From assembly GCA_028534125.1 (NCBI GenBank), contig CM052816.1, positions 78,122,001-78,186,000 of the forward strand: 64,000 nt of DNA. The letters are read 5' to 3'. Every line of letters starts with the position of its first letter. The first letter of the stretch is position 1. Source of the DNA: Lama glama (lineage: Eukaryota). Both the position numbers and the translations under genes were made by a program. The notes under the pieces are model-generated. The model was given only the letters and a program-made list of their open reading frames with translations. It was not told where the DNA came from and made no database searches. Shown one piece after another: positions 18,291 to 31,926 of the stretch.

Positions 18291-18679
18291 TCATTTAAAA
18301 AATAATATTTAATTTTTAAAAATTCATCAAAAGCAATAAAGAACTGAATTAAAACAGTGAGAAATTAGTAAAGTGGACTAATTTTAAGAGATTTTCAAAG
18401 ATTGTAGAAAAAATAAGAAAAAGAGAACTGGGTCAGAAAGAAGAAAAGGGAAATGGAGAAGAGACAGTAGACAATCAAAACTGGATATCAAGTACTTCTA
18501 AAAAGGAAATCAGGACAGATAACAGCTTAAAAAGTAGTCTAAATTTTTAGAAGTACAATCCAATTTCATGGTGCTAACAAAATCTTAAGTAATGGGAAGT
18601 AATACAGAAAAGATAATAACTTGTCAAAGTTTAGGTACTGAAATTCCTTCATGTTAAACAATAACTAAGACAAAAAGAG

Positions 18680-18890
18680 CCAATATTTACAGTGCTTTAC
18701 CCAGTGCCAAGCACTGTGCCACACACTGTGCGTACAATATTCCTTAATCATTATCACAACCCAAAGAAATGAAATTGTTCATCTTATTTACAGAGAAAGA
18801 AACCAAGAGTCAAAGTGATTAAATAACTTGCTTAGTCATACAGCAAATGAACTGGTTAAAGAAGAATTCAAACTCAGACTTGTAACTCAG
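18680..18890 (-). mobile_element. MIR
   Basis: gtgccaagcactgtgc...atttacagagaaagaaacc...aaataacttgc. Confidence 0.75.
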
Positions 18891-19669
18891 AATTTTTTTT
18901 TACCCAACATACATATAGACCCTGGACTATTGCTTAGTTGTAGAATTGAATTTTATATAAACCAGTCACTATTGAAAGGAAAGGCGGGGAAAATACTTCA
19001 ATGGAAGTCTGGGAGAGTAATGAAATTTCCTTTTATCTCCACCAAAACTGACAGCTATGACACAAGTTCAGTGAAATAAGCAGAGAAGACAGTGTATCAT
19101 GCCCAACGGCTAGAACAATGACTCACCCATTCTGATTTCTACTAACAGAAATTTTTTTAATTTCTGAACCCAGGATTCACTTAGAAGGGTGAAATATTGG
19201 GTAAAGGTAGGTTTTTTCTTTCCTTTGAACTCTGGATCTATTTAATCAAAAAAAGAAACCAACAGATATATTCCAAGAACTACAAATATCATTTCAAAAA
19301 GTAGAACACATGGCTCAGTGCAGTCAATTTTAATATAAAATGAATGGAAATGATAAGATGCATCACTAATCAGTTACCTTGAGATTACATGTCCTGTTTT
19401 TTGTTTTTCAAAATAGCTAAACATATCAACCTGAGGCTTGAAGCCCAATGCATCATAACAATGCAGAGCCAGAGATTTCAAAAACCGCCTGCTCCTTATT
19501 TGCCCTGAACGGACATGGTTTAAGCCAAAAATTTTATATCTTCCAGGAAAAGAAATCTTTATGCTTCCTTTCTTTTTTGAAAAACTGGGCACATATTAGT
19601 AGAAATGGTTTTTTATTCCACACAACAGGAAATTTTTGCAGAAAAATATGAAAATATTCTATTATTTAT

Positions 19670-19920
19670 ACTTTATTTAATGAATAATAAATTCCTATTA
19701 TATGCCAGGCACTATTCCAGGTGCTGGTATACAAGTAAACAAATGTAAAAAACAGATCATGATTTCTGATAATGATAAGTGCTATAAAGAAAACAAATCA
19801 AAGCAATGGACAGAGTGGGTGGCAGTAGAGAGGTGAGGAGATGAGCTACTATTAACAGGTTGGAAAGGTCTCTTTGAAGAGCTGACATCTGAGCTGAGAC
19901 ACAATCCAAGAGGTCACTGG
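19670..19920 (-). mobile_element. L2 fragment
   Basis: tatgccaggcactattccaggtgctgg...gataagtgctataaag...gacatctgagctgagac. Confidence 0.65.
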
Positions 19921-21084
19921 TTTTTAGTTAATAAGATAAAATTCACAAATTATGTAACTTGATGGCAGTTACAGAGAGTAACAGAAACCCAAGAAATTAA
20001 GCAAAAAACCATCCTTAAGCTTATAGAATTTTACAATGGAAAATATCAAAGGAGAAAAAATATTCAGGTATATGGTGTATACCAAAGAATTTTAACTGTG
20101 CTTTCCCACACCACTTTCACCACATATTAAACCTTTCTGGTGATGCACATTGTCCCACGCTGATCTTCCTTCCTACAGACCATGTGAACAACCTCCTTTC
20201 TAGCTAGTAAACCACAAGACAGTCTTGTCATCTCCAGGATTGTTCTGATATACCAAGAATGACATGTGATTTTATTAACCCACTAACTTTACAAATGAAG
20301 GTATCTTCCAAATTTTTCTTGCCTATTGGTGATATCCAAGATTAGCTGCAAATAAATTAAATCCTGTTGTGCAAAACTGAAGTAGCTAGATGGATTTCAT
20401 ATTCTACCTTGCTTCTCAAGTAGAGCCTAACCAATGATGCCACTGATGAGTGATTATCTATAGGGGAAAAGTCATATTTGGCCTTATGGTTACTTACTCT
20501 AAGAGTTGCAAAATCTAATAGTTTAGAAAATAACATTACTACAGAAACTCATAAAGCAAGTTTACCAATTCATTAATAATTATAAAAAGTTCAATCAAAA
20601 ATACTTGATTAACTTGAATTTCAATTAATGAGCTATTAGCCAGGAGAAATGAGAGCTACAATGATATGATTACTGAAATTTATGTAACTCTGCTTCTTTA
20701 CACATCAACTCATACACAAAATCATGAATTCAGTTTTCCAAGAGGAATTTTTATCCATCTTGTTTCTTTTTTAGAACTAACTGATAACATGAAAAACAAA
20801 AGAAAGCATAAATGCCTTAACAAAACACACTAATTTATCACACAATTATGTTAAATAAATGAACTACTATGCTGCATAAATATCAGCTGTAAACTAATTT
20901 TAAAACTTTATCTAAAAGCTAAAATAGTATTATTACTTTAGTTACCTGGCATAGGCAGTAAATAAATTGTTGAGATAACTAAGACTTATAGATAAATGAA
21001 TGTAAACAAATACAGACATCCTTGATGGTTTCTGATGGCACTTACTCTTAACGGTTTTAATCCCACTGTGCCTTTGTATAACAT

Positions 21085-21300
21085 ACTGATTAATCATACA
21101 AGCTGTACAGTTAGAATGCCTGCATTCAAATCTCTGTTCTATCACTTACTGTATGACTTTGGGCTAGTTAATTAATCTCTCTAAGCCTCCATTTCCACAT
21201 CTGTAAAACGGAGATAATGTAAGAACCTATGACATGGGTCAGTTATGAGAATTAACTGATACAAAGAACTTGGCCAGACTCAATAAATGTTAGCTATGAT
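21085..21300 (+). mobile_element. MIR
   Basis: gtatgactttgggctagttaattaatctctctaagcctcc..atctgtaaaacggagataat...ctcaataaatgttagctat. Confidence 0.8.
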
Positions 21301-21897
21301 AATGACACACATCATTATCATTACTTTTAAGTAAACAAAACATATCTTTGTTCTTGAGCAAAAAATAACAATAATAATTTCTGTATTAAATAAGTAAATA
21401 TATATACCTGGTGCCTAAAACTCAAAAGATATTAAAGGGCAAATAATTACACATTTTCCTCTCACCTTGGTCTCCCAGATAACAAGTTCTTTGCCCCACA
21501 GATAACTAATGTTATTGGTTTCTTGTGTACCTTTCCAAGAATATTTAATGCGTAAATGACCAAATAGACTATATTATTTTTCCAAGCTTTTTAAAAAACT
21601 ATATACTATTCTATACTGTGTTTTAACACAATATATTTTGAAGACTGTTCTACAACTTTTCCCAATTCCTTAGGTAGTGCATGTAATTTCAGTAATAATA
21701 CATTCCTTTTGATGGGAAAGCAGGTTTGGAGATCACTTTGTGATGACAAATAATTTTACTATAATATTATTTAACTGAGTATGAACATGTAACTGGGCTC
21801 CTTATACTAACAACTCTTATAAAATTATAAATTCACATTAAATTTAAAAGTAAATACTAGTCACTCCACACTCACAGGAATGATTATCATCAAAAAA

Positions 21898-22139
21898 GAC
21901 AATCACATCCAAAAATGGGCAGAAGACCTAAACAAGCAACTCTCCAAGGAAGACATACAAATGATCAAAAAGCACATGAAAAAATGCTCAATATCACTAA
22001 TTATCAGAGAAATGCAAATCAAAACTACAATGAGGTATCACCTCACACCAGTCAGAATGGCCGTCATTCAAAAATCCACAAATGACAAATGCTGGAGAGG
22101 CTGTGGAGAAAGGGGAACCCTCCTACACTGCTGGTGGGA
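21898..22139 (+). mobile_element. Young L1 ORF2 C-terminal segment running into the gap
   Basis: Open frame [18 protein letters not shown]...[11 protein letters not shown]...[16 protein letters not shown]. Confidence 0.95.
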
Positions 22140-22639
22140 NNNNNNNNNNNNNNNNNNNNNNNNNNNNNNNNNNNNNNNNNNNNNNNNNNNNNNNNNNNNN
22201 NNNNNNNNNNNNNNNNNNNNNNNNNNNNNNNNNNNNNNNNNNNNNNNNNNNNNNNNNNNNNNNNNNNNNNNNNNNNNNNNNNNNNNNNNNNNNNNNNNNN
22301 NNNNNNNNNNNNNNNNNNNNNNNNNNNNNNNNNNNNNNNNNNNNNNNNNNNNNNNNNNNNNNNNNNNNNNNNNNNNNNNNNNNNNNNNNNNNNNNNNNNN
22401 NNNNNNNNNNNNNNNNNNNNNNNNNNNNNNNNNNNNNNNNNNNNNNNNNNNNNNNNNNNNNNNNNNNNNNNNNNNNNNNNNNNNNNNNNNNNNNNNNNNN
22501 NNNNNNNNNNNNNNNNNNNNNNNNNNNNNNNNNNNNNNNNNNNNNNNNNNNNNNNNNNNNNNNNNNNNNNNNNNNNNNNNNNNNNNNNNNNNNNNNNNNN
22601 NNNNNNNNNNNNNNNNNNNNNNNNNNNNNNNNNNNNNNN
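22140..22639. other. Assembly gap (500 N)
   Basis: Run of N; the round number suggests a placeholder length. Confidence 0.99.
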
Positions 22640-22943
22640 ACTATGCTGGCTGTAGGTTTGTCATATATAGCTTTTATTATGTTGAGATATGTTCCCTCTA
22701 TACCCACTTTGGCGAGAGTTTTTATCATAAATGGGTCTTGAATTTTATCAAATGCTTTTTCTGCATCTATTGAGATGATCATGTGGTTTTTGTCCTTTCT
22801 CTTGTTGATGTGATGTATTACACTGATTGATTTGCATATGTTGAACCAGCCTTGTGTCCCTGGGATGAACCCCACTTGGTCATGATGTATAATCTTTTTT
22901 ATGTGTTGTTGGATTCTATTTGCTAAAATTTTGGTGAGGATTA
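22640..22943 (-). mobile_element. Young L1 ORF2 RT segment, 5'-truncated, running into the gap
   Basis: Open frame [53 protein letters not shown]. Confidence 0.95.
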
Positions 22944-23879
22944 TATTTGTTAATACTTGATGGGAAAAAAACTCAAAGAATATACATGAAAATGATACCT
23001 AAGAAAGAGATTAAAATAAAGACGATCAAGGATGAATTTTAGTGTTACCTGTAATGTTTTAATTTCTGTATGTAAACAACTTATGTACTACTTGATTAAT
23101 TTAAATGTTTTAAAAAGAAGAAAATAGAGTATCTAGCCATTTTTCAAATGGCCAGAAGATAAGAAATTCTTAATTGGGGCTACCTAAGTGATCGAAAGCT
23201 TCTCAAAATTTTATGAGAAGTTTTACTTTATCTACATTTTCTTCTTCTTTTTTGCATAGAGGGTTTGCATGAAGGGTTTGTGATCCCAAGGATTCTGACT
23301 CTTGAACCTATATAATTATTAAGAATCTGTGAGGAAACATAGGGAAAGTAAAAAGTGACTAGCAGATTGGATCAGAGAAGATGTAGTACTGATTTTCACT
23401 AAATGGGACAAAGGAAGACTTAAGAAACTAGAGATCCACAAATCTAATATTGATGCTGGGCAAAAGTCCAAAACAAACTACAAAACAGACTTCAAAATAC
23501 CAAAAATGGAAGATGTATCAGAAAAGAAGTTAAACAACACAAAAGAAAAGCGTTTTTTAAATCTTATTTTTATACTGGTAGATCAAGAAAACATTCAATA
23601 TCGTTCTTTTTAAGGTGTCCCAGGTGAGTGAGAACAAGGCTAAGAATATTACAGCATTGGATAAATTCATCAGAGGTGCCCAAAATCCATAACACTTTAC
23701 CTCAGTCTCATCCCTAAACTTAGAACTTCTACCTCCCCTCCTGAATGGCCAAGGGGGTCCTGTGTGTAAATACCTGTTTGACATCCACTTATTCATTTCT
23801 AATGCTGCCTCTTGGATATCAGCCAAATTCTGGCATCTGCTACTACAGGTGAGGAGGTGGTCTGAAAGCAGCATATTGT

Positions 23880-24270
23880 GCTTTTATATCTTCAAGACAG
23901 TCAACAAATTCCCTCAAGTTTTCTTGGCACATGATATAGGAAAAATATAGATGCGTGACCGTAAAGTTATGAAATAAGTAAGCACAGATTCTTACGTGGG
24001 TAAACAACTTAATCTAAAAAGTTGTTCAACAAATCAATGTCAAAATAAAGAAAGGTTTCTAATGGCATACCGAACTCTGACTCTTGCCATATTTAACAAA
24101 TATCGATTGAATGACAACTTAGTGCACAATTAACAAATTTTTAATTGGCAAAAAAAACAAGGATTTGATCATCAATGTATGAGATGTCAGATCAAAAACT
24201 GGAACAATGAGCTAACAAAATAAAGATAATGAAAGTGAAAGCAAAAAAAAAAAAGGAAATACCTGCATTG
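23880..24270 (+). mobile_element. Possible ancient CR1/L3 RT fragment
   Basis: Weak similarity to L3 (aatcaatgtcaa...aggtttctaatggcatacc...atttaaca..tatc). Confidence 0.4.
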
Positions 24271-24359
24271 CACTTTTTTCTTTAAAAATTTAATTTAAAT
24301 TTAATACTATGTTATATAGACACCCATGTATGCACACATGAATAAATTTAACAAAGATC

Positions 24360-24432
24360 ATTTGTGGCCTGTAAGGCCTAAAATATTTACTATCTGATCC
24401 TTTGCAAAACTAATTTGCCAACTGCTGGTCTT
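24360..24432 (+). mobile_element. MER58-like hAT-Charlie 3' end
   Basis: tggcctgtaaggcctaaaatatttactatctgatcctttgcaaaa...tttgccaactgctg. Confidence 0.75.
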
Positions 24433-24479
24433 GACTGGTAGGTCTTCCTCAAAAATACGTTCTCTTTGAATTTGAGTAT

Positions 24480-27400
24480 AAAAATCAAAGACAGTAAAAA
24501 AACATTCTGTAATATCAAATTTAAATTGGAACAGGAGTACAGATCAACAATTCTGAAACTATTTGACATGTATACTGGGCTTAAATAAACATGTAAATGG
24601 AGGGGTGGTAAGAGCCAGGTTTCTCACTGGAGGAAAGCAGAAGTTTCCAAGTAGGAAGAAGAAGGAAGGCTAGAATGAACCATTGTGTATTGGATGAGAG
24701 TCAGAGATTGCAGTATGAACTCATGTTTAGCTTAATATAAATACAAAAGGATACAGAAGCAATTATAGATATACCACATACATGCATAAACTTCGTAGCT
24801 CTGTTGGCTGAGAAGGTCTAGAAGTAGTGACACCCCAGGAGCAACAAGCACATGGAGAACCTAGATCCTGTTTTCTGATGCCTTTCGCCTAAGAAGTATC
24901 GCTAATTCTAGGACTGGAGTAAAGAAAAAATAAGATGAGTCTGAAGCATCTTACAGTATCAAAAAATAAGGAAATACAAACAAATAAACAAACAAAAAGG
25001 CACGTCAAGAGCCAAACTCAAAGAGCTCATTATGGCCAGAGCTGAAAGAATCTGAGCAATAAAATGAATAATGCAGTGCTGACTTAAAATTCAAAGTATA
25101 AATAACCAGTCATCAATATTGGAAGAAATAAATTATTAAATAAATAAATAAATAAATGGAGACAATTCTTCCTTATAGAAAAATTCCAAGTAGTTTGTGT
25201 AACTACCAACCCCTTCAGGAAGCAGAGCTTAATTTTTCCACTCTCCCAAGTGTGAGCAGCATCTGTTGACTTACTTCAGAAGAATGGTATATGGAAAGGG
25301 GAGGAAAAAGTAACTTTATAGTGAAGAAACCTTAAAAACATAGGAGTACATACCCCTGATACGTGATAAGAAGGGCATTTCATCTCTGTGATATTCAGCC
25401 CCAAACCCATAGCCTCAGTATAACCATGAAAAAAAATAGTAAATTGAGGTACACTTTACAAAATACCTGACTAGTACACCTCAAAACTGTCAAGGTCATG
25501 AAAAACAAAGAAAGATTAAGAAACTATAAGAAACCAGAGGAGACTAAATAGACATGAAGACTTAATGTAATGTAATATCTTAGAAGGGATATTAGTTTTT
25601 TTTAAAAAGTGAAATCCAAATAAAGTTTGGAGTTTAGTTAATGATAATTTGTTGGTTTAATTGTCACAAATGTAGTGAGACATGGTAATGTATGATGTTA
25701 ACAACAGGAGAAACTGGGTTAGGGGTATATCTGAACACCAGATCAGATTTACAGCTTTTCTGTAAATTAAAAAATACTCTGAAATTAAAACTTTACTAAA
25801 ATTTTTAAATGGAAATATCAATATGATCTTGTGATATAGACACACACATGTATCTGTACCTCTATCTCTTCCACTGAAAAGGTCAACAAGTAATGATGCC
25901 CCAATATCAATGAACATGTGTAGCATCCAGATTTGGTCTTTAAACAACATTTCCACTAAAAAAACAGGTGTCCGTGGGGAAATACTCATTTTGGGACTCG
26001 GAAAGGAATGTAACAGGAAGCCTACATCATGTTGTGCCAGAAAATAAGAAAGCTTTTAAAGACTAATGAGGTCATGTCAAAACTCATAGCAATCAGGGAC
26101 TCCCACTGGCCAAATCGGGGATAATTTAAACATCAAAAAGAATAATGACCGCAAATGGCTGACACACATGAAAAGTTTAAAACCATAAATACTGAAAATC
26201 AAAAAAGAAAAGAAAAAATCACCACCAATAACTCATTTATCCACACCAACCCTCAAGCTAAAAGTGAGTAATAAAAGGAAAAAAACTAAGCATTTATCCT
26301 GACTTTTCAGCAGAAACTATTTCAAGGGAACCAAATAATATCAGTTAAGTAAGAAAAGAATTATTTTAGAAGAATGACAGCAAATAAGGGCGGATGAAAC
26401 AATAGAATTAGAAAATCACTACCTTGCAGCCCGCAATGAAATAACGGATTCAAGTAGAAGTTATCAACAGATGCTTATCTTATTAAGTGAAGGGATGACT
26501 AGAATCTGGATATTTACATGGTACCCAAGTATCTTCCCACAGAGTTATTGCCTATCTCAAGTATATAATATTAACTTTACAATGAAGAAGTCAGGTGTCC
26601 CAACTTGCTCCAGGGGTCAATCTTAATTGCTAGTCACTGAAAGTGGCAACAACCAGATAATACATGCCACTTAATGTGAAATAATATGGCTTATAATCAA
26701 GCCTTTGGACCTTCTATAGGAAATACTAGAGATAAACAACTTAAATGATACTATAAGAAAGCAATTAGAAACTCAGGGAGGAAGAACCTTATAAAGGACA
26801 ACTGGACTTGTTTAACAAAGTTATGAGAAAGAAAATGATAAGGAAGAGTCAGTATACATTAAAAGATATGTAAGAGAGGCACAAAATAGATGTGACGTGT
26901 ATCACATGACTGGGTCTATGTTTGACAGACTGGCATTAAGACATATTTTGAGGGCAAATGGAGAAATTTAAATATAGAAGGTTTATTAGAAATATTAAGG
27001 AATTCTAAAGAATTTTATTAGAATAATGGAACTACATGTATCTAAGAAAATGTCTGTAATTCTTAAAGATACATACAAGTATCTCAAAGTGAAAGCTATG
27101 TCTGTCTATACTTTTTTTAACTGAAATGTAGTTGATTTACAATATTATATCAGTTTCAGGTATACAACATGGTGAATCAATATTTTTATAGTTTATACTC
27201 CATTTAAAGTTATTACAAACTAAAGGCTCTGTCTCCTTGTGCTATATGATATATCCTTGTTTCTTATTTATGTTATACATAGTAGTTCATATCTCCTTAA
27301 TCCCACACCTCTATCTTGCCCCTCCCCACTTCCCTCTTCCCATTGGTAACCACTAGTTTATTTTCTGTCTGTGTGTCTGTCTCTGTTTTGTTATATACAA

Positions 27401-27545
27401 ACAGAATGTCTTGACTTTTAAATATTTCAAAAAATTACAAAAAAAAAATATGGAAAAATTTTTATAACTGTTAAATCTAAGTAAAGGGTAGATGGCTATT
27501 AATACAACACTTTACCTTATGTTTGAAATTTTTCCAGTAAAAAGT
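24480..27545 (+). mobile_element. Old L1MC/L1MD long 3' UTR segments
   Basis: ggaaggctagaatgaacc...gtatgaactcatgtttagcttaata; cctcaaaactgtcaaggtcatgaaaaacaa; tcccactggccaaat. Confidence 0.75.
27112..27400 (-). mobile_element. 5'-truncated L1 3' end nested in the older L1MC
   Basis: Poly-T, then ctgaaatgtagttgatttacaatattata...cattggtaaccactagttt. Confidence 0.85.
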
Positions 27546-28953
27546 GAATTATAGATGAGTATACAAATAGATATAAAATACTCAGTGAGTTAAAAAAAAA
27601 TCACAAAAAAACAAAGTCACATTATTTGGAGATCAGGAACAAATGATGACAAAGCCAAACAGTTCTCATGATTCACATAATGTTTGCAATATTAGAATTT
27701 ATATTAATTTTATATGAATTGTCAAGAATTCTTTTCCCATCTAACCTTTGATAGATCACAATTATATGTAGGATGCAACAATTCACTTATTGAAGAGAAA
27801 ATAAGCTTATTCTTTGGCTTTTCTGCATTTTCAATTACAACAGTGTAGCAAATGACATAGTTTAGTTAATAATAGAGCACTGGCTTGAGACTCATGAGAC
27901 CTATATTCTATTCAGAACTGATTATTAAAAAGCACTGGACAGTCCTCAGTGAGTTAGCTTATAGTTGTAAAGGTAGAAGGAGAGCACGATCCCTATATGA
28001 ATCAAGAGACTATCATGTGGGGGAAAAGGATACAACATATTTTAAGCACATTTTTAAAAGTTCACCATACTAACTCAAGACAAATGTTCCTATTCTAAAT
28101 CGTAAGAGCTATTTTAAATCCAGCTATCATAGGAGATACTCAATTTTTAATTTTTTCTTCCTTTCCAATTGATCATAGATCTGCTACGATCCACTTAGAG
28201 AATTCTCAAATATTTAGTAGACAGCTTAAGAGTTATGACCTCAAAATTTATAAATTGATGATTTATAGAATATTTACCAGAGCAACTTTAGTCAACAAGG
28301 TTATTTGGCTAGATAACTGTAGCTGCCAGAGAAATCTGAGGTCTCAGACTCAATTCTGATCCACATACAGATATTAATTACATAAGCATTTATCAGCAAG
28401 TAAGTCCAAACAATTCATTTGACCTGTTCTGCAAGCCTGAGAAAAATCCCAGCATCTCTCTTAGATGCTCCATCACGCTTTCATGAAAGGTTCACTGGAA
28501 GCAAACACTCAACAGTCCAGAGACAGGAATTTTCTCCATATAGTTGATAGGATCCAGAGTTTACAGATTGATATTAAGTTAAGCAAAAAAAATCATACCT
28601 AAGAGTTCAGGTTGAAGGCAAAGTGAGATTCTTATACCCCATTCACACAAGAGTAGGAAACTGCATCTAAGTAATTCCAGCTAATCCATATATCTTGAAC
28701 ATTTTAAAATATCATCATTGAAAGCCATTTCTAACATACATTATCATACATTATACAAGTTAATAAGACAGCAGGTTCACCAAGAAGATCCATTTCTGAT
28801 ATCCAATATGCTACAAGATCAAAGATGGTCAAAAATAGAAATAACAGGGTAGCTTATGACAGCAACATGTAAAGCCCTTTATGATATAATGTTACCTGAT
28901 TTATCTGCACAGTGCAGCACTGACTAGCACTTGAGTATTGGTTTATATGTTGT

Positions 28954-28981
28954 ACATATATATTTATATATATATATATAA
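28954..28981. repeat. (TA)n microsatellite
   Basis: Directly visible. Confidence 0.85.
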
Positions 28982-29294
28982 TATTACACAGTATTTACTG
29001 AAGTGTTTTAAAATAAAACAGGCAAAGTAACAATTTCAAAATAAAAATATTTTTTAAGAACAACAAAAAATAGAAAATGTCTTTAAACCATAGGCTAATG
29101 AAACTAAAGGAAAAACAATTACTAAACTAAAGGAAAGAAATGTAAAAGGTACATTTTACTTTCATCTGAGTAACAAAGGTATTGTATAGTCATATAAATT
29201 TATTGCATTTTGGTAAAAATCATCATAATTGGAATTCAAATGACAAGAGCAGTCGGTCTTCAAATATGAAGATACTAAGGTACATGATACATAC

Positions 29295-29428
29295 CATTCA
29301 CAGGGCTGAAGGGATCTAAATGCCTTAAAAGAAGCATCCATTCCAGCAAAATCCCAAAACTTAACATCATAGTCATAACCTCCAGTCACCAAACGGGCAC
29401 CTGAGGGATCCAAACCCAAAGCAGAAAC
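29295..29428 (-). CDS. WDR70: WDR70 internal coding exon, 134 nt; first WD40 repeat
   Basis: Acceptor T9-AAACCAG, donor GTATGT. Encodes VSALGLDPSGARLVTGGYDYDVKFWDFAGMDASFKAFRSLQPCE plus TG of a split Cys codon; contains the WD dipeptide. Confidence 0.97.
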
Positions 29429-30762
29429 CTGGTTTAAAAAAAAATAATTAATTGGAGAAAAGTTACTTAGAGTCTTATTATTTCCTTTCTCTAACCCAAC
29501 CTCCTACCTTATAAGTATTGGAACTATATAGATCACCAACTGTTCTTACTTCTGAAAAGCGAAAATGGACAACACCTCCTATATTATTTGACTTTGTTAT
29601 TATGAGTATTATTTCTTTGAAATAAAGAAAAATATTTTTAATTTAATCTAATCATCTGCTTTACCCCAACTTATCTATCACGTACTCAGAATAGTTCATA
29701 TGAAATTGTATGTAAGCACAAATCTTACAAACAACTCAGTTTTTTCAATAAGCAATTTTGAGGAAACATTTTAAGATAGTTTGACTATCACTAAATGAAG
29801 AACATATGAGTCTAAAATTATCAAAATGAGGAATGCTAACTCATTGTCAACCTTAAATCTATTTAACAAAATAAAACAAAGTAGAAATTATCTTGCCCAT
29901 ATAGCTAAATGACTCTGCACAGTCACCTTAAACAATTATTTGTAAAGCTGAATTTATAAGTAACTAACCACATTATAATATCGCTTATACTGGTTCCACA
30001 AAATGTTTCCTTTCCCTTAGAACTTTTCAAGGTTCACTTCACATATAAAACCCAATGTGTCACTCACTATTCTCGAGCTACATTTAATATTCTTATCAAA
30101 GCAGTTAGTCCCTGGATCTGCTGCCCTCTCAGAAGGAAAGAACTGCATTAGGAAAATTAAATATGATTACCATACACATGAGACAGTAAAAGAATCATAA
30201 TTTTATATAAAGGTTGCTACTATAAATCAATTCTCCAAAATAAATAGACTTGAAATGTTAACTGAATGTAATAGAATTACTGCAGTTAAAACCAGGTATC
30301 AACAAAATAATTTCATTTATATTCATTTCAATTACTACCTGCAAATACGGATTTCAGAATAGAAGGGAATTATACATAAACATAATTAATAACTTCTTAT
30401 ATGTTTAAATTAGACATGTACCCTAAGGGTGTTAAAGAATGCATACAAATGAGAACTGTCATTTTTATGCCTGAATAATATGTCTTAAAACTTAAAACAA
30501 TCAAAAATAAAAATAAATAAACAAAAGTTTTTAAAGTCTAAGACATGACTTCTGCTACGACCAAGTACAAACTTACTAGACTCCGTGCCCACTCTAGCCT
30601 TCTTCTCTCTTGTTAAAATTAAAAAGGTGTCCCTCCTCCTGATAAGGCTAACCCCACCAGTGTTCATCTCCCTACAATGCAATTTGAAATCACAAATTCA
30701 TTTGTGGCTTGTCTATTCTATTTTTGTCTTCCTCTCAAGAATGTAAACTCCACTCCTACCCT

Positions 30763-31257
30763 ATGACTACTAGTCATGGTGGTGTGGAGCCATAGGGGCA
30801 GAGGTCTCGAGTCATGGCAGGAGGAATGGTGACGAGCTGCAGGCATCCTCACTGATTGCGTGGGGAAAGGGATAGGGTTGTTTGGAGCCTGCAGTTTTCA
30901 ACTTCCTGGGCATCATTTGAAGCTTAGGGTAAACTGGGAAGAATGTGCCCAAAAGAAAACCTAGGAAGAAACAGTTCTTCACTTACAAAATGCTCACTTT
31001 GCCTCTGTTGTGAATTCGTTCACCGAGAAAGAGATTTACCATTATGTCATTACATTAATAAAAGAAAAAATGGATATGACTCATTATATAGAACCAAAAC
31101 AAAACAAAACAAAAAAAAAGAGGAAAGTTCAAAGTGGATTCCTTGGGAAGAATTGCCTCTACTGGATCAGTTTTTCTGGGCATTAGATTGTTTACAGGAA
31201 CAATGCTATGACCCTTGTTCGGATCATCTGGTAGGATATAAAGGAAACCATCCCTAA
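30763..31257 (+). pseudogene. NUDT15: Processed pseudogene of NUDT15 (Nudix hydrolase 15 / MTH2); CDS remnant, 3' UTR-like sequence probably continues downstream
   Basis: Intronless remnants in several frames: [128 protein letters not shown]. These match recalled NUDT15 from start to stop. Stops at 30793-30795 and 30962-30964, plus frameshifts. Confidence 0.92.
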
Positions 31258-31799
31258 GTGGTCAAGAAGACTCCTTTTTTTTTTTTAATTAAGACAAAAT
31301 AAGGTCTGTTTAAGGAATGGAAAATATCTAATTTCAGAAAAATTCCCATTTCATCTAAAAGGTTCCAAATGACTGCCAGTTTATTTGCAAGTTCTTAATA
31401 AACTCACCACCCTTTCAGCCACTGCTTCTGAAAATTTTCCTAAGATATGTGACTGAATAGTATTCAGACACAGAATATGTGATAAATGGTGAGACTATGG
31501 TTAATCTGCTTTCTGTATTTCTCTATATTTACTATGCAGTTTGTCATTAGCAGCTTACATGGAATAGAGTACAATAGAATTTGCCTTAGCATTTTAGTTC
31601 AAATTAAGAGCCTAATTAAAATGCTAACACAGTAAGCCTAAAGCAGAGTTGATCATGTTTGTTGATTTTCCTCTTCATTTTTATTTTTTAAAAATGGGAG
31701 GTAGGAGCAGTAATATTGTGACAGTCCTTGCAACTAGAGAGAATATCACAGGCATTTAGGGTATATTTCCCAGGTTGGTTTGTGATTGAGAATCTAAAC

Positions 31800-31925
31800 C
31801 AAGAGCAGTGAGAGAACTCTAGGATCTGTATCCTACCATTAATAGGCCATGTAACTTTGGATTTCTCACTTAATCTCCCTGAGATCTAGTGCATTTACAT
31901 GTAAAATGAGGAGATAACAATATAG
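31800..31925 (+). mobile_element. MIR fragment
   Basis: atgtaactttgg...cacttaatctccctgag...tgtaaaatgaggagataa. Confidence 0.65.
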
Positions 31926-31926
31926 C

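Noticed and set aside
21880..22875. Longest ORFs in the track (188-297 aa)
   Set aside because: Artefacts of translating through the N gap; the flanks are L1 ORF2.
30943..31257. 104-aa ORF as a novel or functional NUDT15 protein
   Set aside because: Only the C-terminal third is in the NUDT15 frame and there is no Nudix box.
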